A stretch of DNA of 64,000 nucleotides from Chloroflexota bacterium (GTDB taxonomy: Bacteria > Chloroflexota > UBA11872 > VXOZ01). Made by a program: the position numbers and the translations under genes. The stretch covers positions 1,184,001 through 1,248,000 of the forward strand of contig OZ219802.1 in the NCBI GenBank assembly GCA_964291655.2. The letters run 5' to 3'. Below are positions 28,428-37,421 of the stretch, in pieces (the first letter of the stretch is position 1; every line of letters begins with the position of its first letter). The notes beneath the pieces were generated by a model that ran no database searches, was not told where the DNA came from, and worked only from the letters and a program-made list of their open reading frames with translations.

Positions 28428-28775
28428 ATGACAAGAGTTGAGAGAATCCGCACCGAGGCTGATTACGACGCAGCCTTGGGCCGGATTTCCAAACTTATGG
28501 ATGCCCTGTCAGGACCGCAAGGGCAGGTAACGGATCCGAATCACCCCCATCGAGTCGAACTCGATTCCCTTGTCAGCCAAGTCGAACGCTTCGAAGACAA
28601 GCACTACCCAATCGACTCTCCTAGCCCCAAAGAGGCTATCGAGTTCTCCATCGACCTGACCGGCAAGGCCCCGCGTGACTTGACCGCCCGCAGCGAAAGA
28701 CCCGAAAAGGTCTCCTAAGCTTCATCGAGCAAGTGGGATTGGCAGATGTTTTTGAGTCTGCCGTCAACCCAGTGA
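28428..28775 (+). pseudogene. Orphan HigA-like antitoxin paralog with a probable premature stop at 28716-28718
   Basis: IRTEADYDAAL..ELDSLV..EDKHYPID; sequence past the TAA (ASSSKWDWQMFLSL) aligns with the tail of 29253-29573 (EGSSAKLDWQSLSL). Confidence 0.65.
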
Positions 28776-28953
28776 TAGGGGCATTCCTGCGGCACGCACG
28801 CACATCTCATGCCGTTACTGCTACAGCCCACTAGGCGACTGAGTTCGACTTGCGTAGCGTTTCTTGCGAGTGAAACAAGAACGGCACAGAGGTAGGTATG
28901 CTGCGATATAGGCAGTGTATAATCGTCATAAACGAAAGTTTAGCACTCTCGTT

Positions 28954-29250
28954 GTGCATATCGTCAATCCTGATCGGCTCATTAGATTCTGGGAGCGTCA
29001 CTCCGATGCCAAGCAACAGCTAGAAGCTTGGTATGATCGGGTGTGTGAGGAAGATTGGGACACGCCGGCCAAATTGAAAGAACTTCACGGCAGAGCAAGT
29101 ATAGTTGGCAAGCGTCGCGCCGTCTTTAGGGTCAAAGGCAATAGCTATAGGGTGGTAGTAGAAGTCAACTACAAACGCAGGATAGTTGACATCCGATTCA
29201 TTGGTACGCACGCCCAGTACGACCGCATCAAGGATATCAGGGAGGTCTAA
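28954..29250 (+). CDS. higB: HigB-family toxin (RelE-like mRNA interferase)
   Basis: FWERHSDA..LEAWY, ASIVG.RAVFRVKGNSYR and RFIGTHAQYDRI motifs. Confidence 0.92.
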   Translation: MHIVNPDRLIRFWERHSDAKQQLEAWYDRVCEEDWDTPAKLKELHGRASIVGKRRAVFRVKGNSYRVVVEVNYKRRIVDIRFIGTHAQYDRIKDIREV

Positions 29251-29252
29251 GG

Positions 29253-29573
29253 ATGGCACACTCTGAACCCATACGCACGGAGCAGGAATATCAGGCTGCG
29301 CTAACTAGGATTCGTGAGATATTCCATGCAGAGGAAGGCACGCCTGAGGGCGATGAGCTTGAAAGTCTCGTCGACCTTGTAGAGAAATATGCAGAAAAGC
29401 ACTACCCGGTCGATCCGCCCAGCCTAATTGCAGCTATCGAATATGACTTGGACCAAAGAGGCCTGACTCTAAGAGATTTGATCCCTTTCGCTGGCGTCTA
29501 TGCCAAGGTGACTGAAGGCTCATCAGCCAAGCTGGACTGGCAGTCATTGAGTCTGACATCAGCACAACAATAG
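29253..29573 (+). CDS. higA: HigA-family antitoxin with a degenerate C-terminal HTH
   Basis: PIRTEQEYQAAL..GTPEGDELE.L..LVE.Y..HYP; directly follows higB. Confidence 0.8.
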   Translation: MAHSEPIRTEQEYQAALTRIREIFHAEEGTPEGDELESLVDLVEKYAEKHYPVDPPSLIAAIEYDLDQRGLTLRDLIPFAGVYAKVTEGSSAKLDWQSLSLTSAQQ

Positions 29574-29604
29574 GGTACATCACTTCAACTAAGGAGGTCG
29601 GTCA

Positions 29605-31389
29605 ATGATCAATGAGTTGGCCACCGCTATTGATGATGACCTTTCTTTACATGACAGTGCGTACACGGAATTCCAAAAAGGCTTTGCATGTCAGAATAGG
29701 GCAGATGAAGCGAAGACTTCGGCAACAAAGAATCATCTGCTAGAGAGTGCAATCTACCACTACGATAGATCGATAGAACGCAAGCCGGATCTCGCCGTAG
29801 CCTATAATAACCGAGGCAATGCAAGAACCGAACTTGGCCGCCGTGAGGACGCTATATCCGATCACAATAGAGCAATTTTCCTAAGGCCTGACTATGCCGT
29901 GGCGTTCAGTAACCGAGGAATTACAAAACAGACGCTTGGCAAATATGAGTCTGCCATTTCTGACTTTGATAAAGCTATCTCCTTGGACCCAAATCTTGCC
30001 GAAGCGTTCATCAACAGGGGTGTCGCATACTACGAACTAGGAAAATTCGAGTTGGCGATCTCCAACCATGATCGGGCAATACATCTCTACCCAGAATCCG
30101 CTGTTGCTTACTATGATCGCGCTCTAGCGAAAAACAAGCTTGGTTTCTATGCGGAAGCCATTGTCGACTGCAACCAAGCAATCCTCCTTAAAGCAGATTA
30201 CGCCGACGCCTACAATAACCGAGGCGTCGCTAAGGAATATCTAGGCCGATACACAGATGCGATTGCCGACTATGACAGGGCAATTTGCTATAACTCAAAG
30301 TATGCCGAAGCCTACAATAATCGGGGCGTCGCAAAGAGCAACCTGGGCCATGACGAATGTGCAATCGTCGACTATGATAGGGCAATTTGCCTCAATCCAG
30401 ACTACGCAGAAGCTTACAACAATCGAGGCGTTGCAAAGAACAACCTGGGCAGGCATACAGAAGCTATCGCCGACCACGACAATGCTATCTGCCTAAACCC
30501 GAGCTATGCCTTGGCCTACACCAATCGGGCAGGCGCAAAGATCGAACTCGACCGCCACGAAGATGCTATCGCAGACTGCAACAGAGCCATCGAGTTGCAG
30601 CCATCTGCTTCAGCCTACTTTAATCGGGGACAGATAAAGAACAAACTCGGTCACATAATAGAAGCAATCTCCGACTACAATGAGGCTTTGCTCCAAGATG
30701 AGAAGTATGCCAGAGCTTACTTGGCTCGCGGCAATGCGAAAAGCGCTCTCCACAAATATGAGAACGCTATTTCCGATTTTGACCAGACAATTCTCCTTGA
30801 CCCGAATAACGCGGAATCTTATAACAACCGGGGTATGGCCAAGGCAAAACTGGGGCTATACCAGGATTCAATTGCCGACTACGACAGAGCGATACGTCTA
30901 GGGACATCCTATGCTGAAGCCTACTATAATCGGGCGAATGCCCATGTTGCCCTAAGTCACTATGAAGAGGCTATTCCCGATTACGATGAAGCAATCAGGC
31001 TACAACCAGATTCTGCCCCGGCTTACTACAACCGGGGTCATGCAAAGAGCACCCTTGGCCTCTATGAGAATGCCATCCCTGACTACGACCAAGCGATTTG
31101 CCTTCAACCAGACTTGGCCACAGCCTACGCCGCCCGAGGCAATGCCAAAGCAGGCCTTGGCCAACATGAGGAGTTCATGGCCGACTATGAGGAGGCAATC
31201 CGCATAAAGCCAGACTTTGCCGAAGCCTATTACATTCGGGGCGCGGTCAGAGCCGCGTTGGGAAGCGGCGAAGATGCCAGAGAGGATCTTGAGACCGCTC
31301 TAAGTCTCGTAGAAGAGGCAAGCAACGACAAACTCAAAGCCGCCATTGAAGCAAGCCTTCAAGAGCTCAATAAGGAACAAGAGGACTGA
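29605..31389 (+). CDS. Tetratricopeptide-repeat protein (about 16 TPRs)
   Basis: 34-aa repeat AYNNRGxAKxxLGxYxxAIxDYDxAIxLxP over the whole length; AGGAGG RBS. Confidence 0.92.
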   Translation: MINELATAIDDDLSLHDSAYTEFQKGFACQNRADEAKTSATKNHLLESAIYHYDRSIERKPDLAVAYNNRGNARTELGRREDAISDHNRAIFLRPDYAVAFSNRGITKQTLGKYESAISDFDKAISLDPNLAEAFINRGVAYYELGKFELAISNHDRAIHLYPESAVAYYDRALAKNKLGFYAEAIVDCNQAILLKADYADAYNNRGVAKEYLGRYTDAIADYDRAICYNSKYAEAYNNRGVAKSNLGHDECAIVDYDRAICLNPDYAEAYNNRGVAKNNLGRHTEAIADHDNAICLNPSYALAYTNRAGAKIELDRHEDAIADCNRAIELQPSASAYFNRGQIKNKLGHIIEAISDYNEALLQDEKYARAYLARGNAKSALHKYENAISDFDQTILLDPNNAESYNNRGMAKAKLGLYQDSIADYDRAIRLGTSYAEAYYNRANAHVALSHYEEAIPDYDEAIRLQPDSAPAYYNRGHAKSTLGLYENAIPDYDQAICLQPDLATAYAARGNAKAGLGQHEEFMADYEEAIRIKPDFAEAYYIRGAVRAALGSGEDAREDLETALSLVEEASNDKLKAAIEASLQELNKEQED

Positions 31390-31428
31390 ATTACAGACCT
31401 GCTCACCGAGAGCGGGAGCAAATCGCGG

Positions 31429-32502
31429 CTAATTGATTACCACGCCCTCTTGGCCGGCGATGCTGATCTGTTGGGCTACTGCGCCAGCGACCTCGCGGTA
31501 GATGGCGGCCAGGGGTGAGTCCGGTTGGGTGGCCGCGATGGGTTTGCCTTCATCGCCGCCCTCGCGGATGGCGACGTTCAGAGGCACCTCGCCGAGGAAG
31601 GGCACGCCCATAGCTTCCGCCGCCTGGCGCGCGCCGCCGTGGCTGAAAATTTCCGTACGCTCGTCGCAGTGGGGGCAGAGGAAGTAGCTCATATTCTCCA
31701 CGATACCCAGGATGGGCACGCGCAGTTGTTGGAACATGCCGATGGCTTTGCGGGCGTCTGCCAGCGCCACGTCCTGCGGCGTGCAGACGATCACCGCGCC
31801 CGCGCCGGGAATGGATTGCGCCAGGCTGAGGGGGGCGTCGCCAGTGCCGGGGGGCAGATCGACAACCAGGTAGTCGCGCTCGCCCCAGTGGACGTCGCCG
31901 AGAAATTGCGTGAGCAAGCGGTGGACGATAGGCCCACGCCAGATCATGGCCTGCTCCGGCTTAATGACAAAACCGGCGGACATGAGCGTAATGCCGTAGG
32001 CCTCAGCGGGGATCACCTTGCTGCCCGCGCCGCGCAGTTGCGCCTGCGATCCCATCATCATGGGAATATTCGGGCCGTAGACGTCGGCATCCAGCAGACC
32101 TACCTCCGCGCCGGTCTGCGCCAGCGCAATTGCCAGATTCACAGCGGTGGTGGACTTGCCCACGCCGCCCTTGCCGCTGGCAACAAAGAGCACGTTCTTC
32201 ACATCCGTCAAGAATTCCGCCGACTCAGGGGCCAGGCGCTTGGCCACTTCCGACCGCGTATCGATCTCCACGGCCTGTACGCCGGGCACGCCCAAAAGCG
32301 CCTTCCGGCACTCGTTTTCCAGGTGCTCCTTCATGGGGCAGGCGGGGGTAGTCAGTACCAATTGAAAGGCCGCCGTACCCTTCTCAAAGGTCATTTCCCG
32401 CACCATGTTCAGCGTAACGATGTCTTTATGCAGATCGGGGTCCTGCACCACGCGCAGCGCGTTTACCAGGTCGTCAGTTTGCGGAGTCCCATTCACTGCC
32501 AT
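31429..32502 (-). CDS. mrp: Mrp/NBP35 (ApbC) Fe-S cluster carrier ATPase
   Basis: N-terminal DUF59-like LTTPACP, SGKGGVGKST, DLPPGTGD and ENMSYFLCPHC motifs. Confidence 0.95.
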   Translation of the reverse strand: MAVNGTPQTDDLVNALRVVQDPDLHKDIVTLNMVREMTFEKGTAAFQLVLTTPACPMKEHLENECRKALLGVPGVQAVEIDTRSEVAKRLAPESAEFLTDVKNVLFVASGKGGVGKSTTAVNLAIALAQTGAEVGLLDADVYGPNIPMMMGSQAQLRGAGSKVIPAEAYGITLMSAGFVIKPEQAMIWRGPIVHRLLTQFLGDVHWGERDYLVVDLPPGTGDAPLSLAQSIPGAGAVIVCTPQDVALADARKAIGMFQQLRVPILGIVENMSYFLCPHCDERTEIFSHGGARQAAEAMGVPFLGEVPLNVAIREGGDEGKPIAATQPDSPLAAIYREVAGAVAQQISIAGQEGVVIN

Positions 32503-32697
32503 GCCCTAAAGCCTCTCTCTCAGTTTCTTGATTGTGCCGAATGTCCTGCGTTTGTAGAATGCAGCCAGTCTTGAGATTTCAACGTAAATTGACCAAGCGA
32601 GCGGGATTGCATGGCACTTGCCCTAATCCTCTGTCTGAGTGAAGCTGCCACGTAGCTCCGTCAGGCACCTGAATGCCTACACTATCGACACCTGGCA

Positions 32698-32734
32698 ACC
32701 CCTCACCCAGGCCCTCTCCCCAGGGAGAAGGGGA
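32698..32734. repeat. REP-like CCCTCACCC..CCCTCTCCC palindrome, uninterrupted copy
   Basis: cccctcacccaggccctctccccagggagaagggg. Confidence 0.75.
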
Positions 32735-33077
32735 AATCCCCGCCCTTCTGGCGAAAGAAGCGCAAAAGTCTTATTTGGTAAAAGCCGAGCGCCTCATCCC
32801 CTGCAACGCGCCGTGCCATTCAAGCAACACAACGCGGTTGCTTTACTTCAATAATTGCAGTATCGCTCAAGCTCAACGATAGCATGTTTGAAAACGGAGT
32901 GTAAAGCAATCACACGCGCGATTCGCCTCGTGGTCGGGCGCGCGACGCGTCGTATCGCGGCCGGTACGTGCAGAATCACAGGGTAGAGTACAATGGGTTT
33001 TGATGGGAATTAGTGTCAGGTGCGACACCAATTGAGATTTCGTTTCGTGAAACTAAAAGACGAAGGATTGCTTGTCT

Positions 33078-34343
33078 ATGTTCGATAAGACTGCCTTGGC
33101 AAACGGTATGCGCGTAGTCTCCGCCACACTTCCGCACACGCGCTCGGTATCGGTGATCGTGCTTGTGCGTGCCGGGTCTCGCTATGAGCGCGACCCTGAA
33201 GCCGGAATCGCCCATGTGTTTGAGCACATGCTCTTCAAAGGCAGCAAAGGTTGGCCGACGGCGCAGATAGTCAGTGAGTCCATCGAGGGTGTTGGCGGAT
33301 CGATGAACGCCAGCACGGATAAGGAAATCGTCGACTACTGGTGCCGCGTGGCCCAGCCGCACTACACATTGGCGATGGACTTGCTCGCCGACATCTTCCT
33401 GAACCCGCTGCTCGAGCATGAAGAACTGAAGCGCGAGCAAGGCGTCATCTTGGAAGAGCTGCGCATGTATCATGACGATCCCCGCAGTTGGGTCAGCATC
33501 CTGAGCGATCAGATCTGCTGGCCGGGGCACCCCCTGGGCAGGGATATTGGCGGCAGCGCCGAAACCGTGCAAGCAATCACGCCGGAGATGATCCACGATT
33601 ACCGCGGCCGCATGTATAGTCCGGAGAATACCGTGCTGGCAGTAGCGGGCAACATCACCCACGAGCAGGTGGTGGCCGATGCCGAACGCCTCTACAGCGC
33701 TTGGACGAACGGCGCGCCGGGGGACTACCTGCCCTGGACTGAAACCGATGCAGGACCCAATGCCATCGGCGAAGCGCGAGAATCTGTCGAGCAGATGACT
33801 ATGCTGCTTTCCTTCCCGAGCCTCTCGATGTTCGATGAAGACCGGTATGCGCTGGGCCTGCTCAATACCATCCTGGGTGAGGGCATGAGCTCACGCCTAT
33901 TCCTGGAGGTCAGAGAAAAGCGCGGTCTGGCCTATAGCGTCGGCTCCTACCCGCGCCACCAACTCGACACCGGCATCTTTACCATCTATGGCGGCGTTGA
34001 TCCCGATCATGCAGCGGATGCCCTGCACTGCATCATGGAGCAAGTACACGGTCTGCTAGAACCCGTTCCGGAGACGGAGCTGCGGAAAGCGAAGGAGTTT
34101 ACAAAAGGACACCTCCTGCTCGGCTTGGAAAGCACGCAAAGTGTGGCCGGTTGGGGCGGCGTGCGCGAGCTTCTCCACGGGGAACTCATCACGCCCGATG
34201 AAGCCGTTGCCCGCATCGAGGCGGTGACCGTGGACGATATCCAGCGCGTCGCTAAGCGACTCTTCCCTTCCAACGCCGCAAAACTCGCCGTGATGGGACC
34301 ACGTGACCTCAGCCAAGATCTCTTGCCAATCGTGACGCAATGA
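33078..34343 (+). CDS. M16 (pitrilysin/insulinase) family zinc peptidase
   Basis: HxxEH motif HVFEH; GMSSRLF.EVREKRGLAYSV. Confidence 0.93.
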   Translation: MFDKTALANGMRVVSATLPHTRSVSVIVLVRAGSRYERDPEAGIAHVFEHMLFKGSKGWPTAQIVSESIEGVGGSMNASTDKEIVDYWCRVAQPHYTLAMDLLADIFLNPLLEHEELKREQGVILEELRMYHDDPRSWVSILSDQICWPGHPLGRDIGGSAETVQAITPEMIHDYRGRMYSPENTVLAVAGNITHEQVVADAERLYSAWTNGAPGDYLPWTETDAGPNAIGEARESVEQMTMLLSFPSLSMFDEDRYALGLLNTILGEGMSSRLFLEVREKRGLAYSVGSYPRHQLDTGIFTIYGGVDPDHAADALHCIMEQVHGLLEPVPETELRKAKEFTKGHLLLGLESTQSVAGWGGVRELLHGELITPDEAVARIEAVTVDDIQRVAKRLFPSNAAKLAVMGPRDLSQDLLPIVTQ

Positions 34344-34401
34344 GGCAATTGCTCCACATGAGGCGCGACTGACACATTTCGCTTCCGGGAGGGACACGTA
34401 C

Positions 34402-34887
34402 GTGCGGCATAGGCGCAGTTTCAATGTCATTCTCACGACTCTGGGTGCTTTGTCACTCGTGTGCGTGTTCCTGACCGGATGTTCGCTCGGCGATAGCGAA
34501 GGTCCTCGCTTGGCGTTTAGCAGCAGTGTGCGTCTCGATACCGACGGGGCAACGCACATAACGATTGTGGTGCGGAATGTGGGAGAGCGACTCTATACCG
34601 ATGACGAAGAAATCGACGGCCGCGGCGAGGTGTTCAATAGTTCGGAGCAGTTGCTCGCACGCTTCGCAGAACAACCGATAGGGCGACTGGCGGTGAATGA
34701 GGAAGCAACGTTAGCCACCTGGCAGGGCACCCTGGAGCCGGACACGTATCTCATGCGTTGGACCACCTCCCGCTTCGGCGGAGTGGAGCTGGAATTCACC
34801 TTGCTTAAGCGCTATGGGGTGTTGGAAGTTGGCTCAATCAGGGAACGAATACTTGCGCCTGATCCCGCTCCCACATCCCCCTCCTAG
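34402..34887 (+). CDS. Hypothetical lipoprotein
   Basis: GGAGG RBS, signal peptide with LTGC lipobox, beta-rich sequence. Confidence 0.65.
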   Translation: MRHRRSFNVILTTLGALSLVCVFLTGCSLGDSEGPRLAFSSSVRLDTDGATHITIVVRNVGERLYTDDEEIDGRGEVFNSSEQLLARFAEQPIGRLAVNEEATLATWQGTLEPDTYLMRWTTSRFGGVELEFTLLKRYGVLEVGSIRERILAPDPAPTSPS

Positions 34888-35008
34888 TTTGGCGAGTGCT
34901 CGCATCCCTTGCAGCACAATCCGCCTTGGCGGACTTGGGTTGTACGCGTATCCATCCGGTGGACGTAGCTTGTCATTGGGCAAATGCCCGTCTCAATGCA
35001 GATAAGGC

Positions 35009-35866
35009 TCATTTGCAGGCGCTCACCGCCTCTTTTCTCCCTTTACGCGCTCTGATAACGATGCCCACGGAGGGAGTACTCTCAGTGCGAATCGGCTGTG
35101 GATCGTCAAACGCGTTTACCAGACGCCGCGCCCAGGAAATCCAGCGAGAGTTCTTCTCTTCTTGACCGAACCGATTGCACGAAGTGCAGAATCCACTTTC
35201 AATGATGTTCTTGCCGATACCGTATAGCAAGAAGTGGGCAAACGGCAGGCATCGCGGCGTTGTAAACCACAATTCCTCGATCACAAACCCGGCCGCACGA
35301 ACGCTGCGAGTAATCTCTTCCGCCGAATAGAGCCGCACGTGATCCGCCCAAATGCCGGCAAGCCACCAAATATGCGCGGGCACGTGCGTGCCAAAAGCGC
35401 GTTCGAGAATCCAATTCAAAGGGTCCCACAGGAATGGATACTTCGCGTGAGGCACCGAGATGAGTAGCAGTCCGCTATCGCCGAGCACACGATGTAATTC
35501 CGCAAGCGCAGCACCGTCTTCGACAATATGTTCCAGCACTTCGGAGCACACAACCGCATCAAACGCATCTGCTCCGAATGGCAGTGCATAAGCGTCCGCG
35601 CGCCCAAGATCTACGGCTGTGTTCTTTGTCTGCACCTTGGCCGCGGCGACGTAGTCTGCGTTGAAATCTATGCCGATTACACCGGCCTGGGGATAGAGCG
35701 TGCTGAGAGCCTTCACATAGAAACCTCGACCGCAGCCGACGTCGAGAATGTGGCCACCGCCGGCGGGCTGAAGATGGCGCAGGATCAGCGCGGCTCTTGC
35801 GGCAAACGCAGGGTCGATTTCACGTGCCAGGTATCCGGCAATGGACTCGTCAAGAGAAGGTGTCAT
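35009..35866 (-). CDS. Class I SAM-dependent methyltransferase
   Basis: ILDVGCGRG and FDAVVCSEVLEH motifs. Confidence 0.88.
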   Translation of the reverse strand: MTPSLDESIAGYLAREIDPAFAARAALILRHLQPAGGGHILDVGCGRGFYVKALSTLYPQAGVIGIDFNADYVAAAKVQTKNTAVDLGRADAYALPFGADAFDAVVCSEVLEHIVEDGAALAELHRVLGDSGLLLISVPHAKYPFLWDPLNWILERAFGTHVPAHIWWLAGIWADHVRLYSAEEITRSVRAAGFVIEELWFTTPRCLPFAHFLLYGIGKNIIESGFCTSCNRFGQEEKNSRWISWARRLVNAFDDPQPIRTESTPSVGIVIRARKGRKEAVSACK

Positions 35867-36215
35867 GCTTGACTATCCCAGTTTTTCCCTTACAACGACA
35901 TCTGCGCTAAGGACGTGCCTGTAACTGATGTTCTCCTACGTCCAGCACACAATGCGCATCGGCGCGGCACCACCCCGGCCGGCGGCATACCGCGCCGTGG
36001 CTGTTTCTCAACGTAGCGAGGTGCACCGAATCGTAGTAGCATACAAGCTATCACAGAATACAGTCTAGCCTACGTTGTTCTTCGTGCGCTCGCAGGGCAA
36101 TGCTACGTTTTGCAGAGGCGCATCCCAAACTGCCGCGCACCTTCAATTCCTGCCACGAGATGTCACATGTACGCCAAACTCATACCGTCGAGCGCGTGCA
36201 TGTAGGAAATCCGCC

Positions 36216-37421
36216 ATGCGCATCCTCTACCTCACAACGTATTACCTGCCGCACAGCAGTGGCATTACCGCTTACATGCACCGCGTCGCTCGGGGGCTGG
36301 CTCAGCGCGGCCATTCGGTTACAGTGCTTACCTCCCGTCACGACTCTGCGCTGAATGCAGACGAGTTGTTGGACGGCGTTCGCATCGTACGGCTTCCAGT
36401 ACTCTTTCGCGTCAGCAAAGGGCCGGTGATGCCCGCGTTCTTTGGTGTTCTGGGCGCATACTTGCAGGAGCACGATGTAGTTCACGTCCACCTCCCCTTT
36501 CTTGAAGCTGCTTATGCGGCCATCATGAATCGCAGGCGCAGACCGCTAATCCTCACAGTCCATACCGATCTTCATTTGCCTGCGGGGGTTGTCAACCGGC
36601 TCGCGAGTGCCGCAGTCAACGTGATGCAGCGCGTTGCGGCGCGGCGCGCGGATTGGCTATGTTCCTACACGTGGGACTTTGCTCGACACTCGTACCTCCT
36701 TTCCCCCTTACTCAGAAAGGCACTGGTTATTCACCCGCCGGTCACGGTAGCCGCCCCAACTGAGGCAGACATCGCTGCCTTTCGCCTGCAACATGGTCTT
36801 GACGGAACGCTCATTGGGTTTGCCGGTCGCTTTGCCGAGCAGAAAGGCCTCCATGTGCTATTCGACGCCCTAGCTAAAGTGCAATGCCGCGTGCCGCACG
36901 CACGTCTGGTGATTGCGGGTGAGTACCGCAATGTCGTTGGTGAAAGCTACTACGCCCGTTTGCGTCCTCAACTTGACGCACTGGGGGATCGAGTTGTGCT
37001 ACTGGGGCATCTGGAAGGGAAGTCGCTTGCCTGCTTTTACGCGGCATGTGATGTTCTGGCGCTTCCGAGCACAAGCCCGATGGAGTCGTTTGGCATCGTG
37101 CAGGTTGAAGCCATGCTGTGCGGCACACCGGTCGTCGCGTCCGATCTTCCCGGCTGTCGCCAAGCGGTACGCCTCACCGGCATGGGACGCATTGCGTCGC
37201 CAGGTGACAGCGATGCTCTGGCCGAGGCCTTGCTGGCAGTGCTAGAAGACCCCGACCGCTACACGCAGTCACCCCACGAGATTGCCCATGTTTTCGACTA
37301 CGAGCGCACCATAGACTTGCACGAAGAGCTATATCGCACGAATAGGGTTGCCGAGGACGACCGCAAATTCGAGCCGCCGGCTGCTTCCCAAGGGTCACGC
37401 CAAGAGTTGCAAGTGGAATGA
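36216..37421 (+). CDS. GT4-family glycosyltransferase
   Basis: MRILYLTTYY, GRFAEQKG and ESFGIVQVEAM..G.PVV motifs. Confidence 0.92.
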   Translation: MRILYLTTYYLPHSSGITAYMHRVARGLAQRGHSVTVLTSRHDSALNADELLDGVRIVRLPVLFRVSKGPVMPAFFGVLGAYLQEHDVVHVHLPFLEAAYAAIMNRRRRPLILTVHTDLHLPAGVVNRLASAAVNVMQRVAARRADWLCSYTWDFARHSYLLSPLLRKALVIHPPVTVAAPTEADIAAFRLQHGLDGTLIGFAGRFAEQKGLHVLFDALAKVQCRVPHARLVIAGEYRNVVGESYYARLRPQLDALGDRVVLLGHLEGKSLACFYAACDVLALPSTSPMESFGIVQVEAMLCGTPVVASDLPGCRQAVRLTGMGRIASPGDSDALAEALLAVLEDPDRYTQSPHEIAHVFDYERTIDLHEELYRTNRVAEDDRKFEPPAASQGSRQELQVE

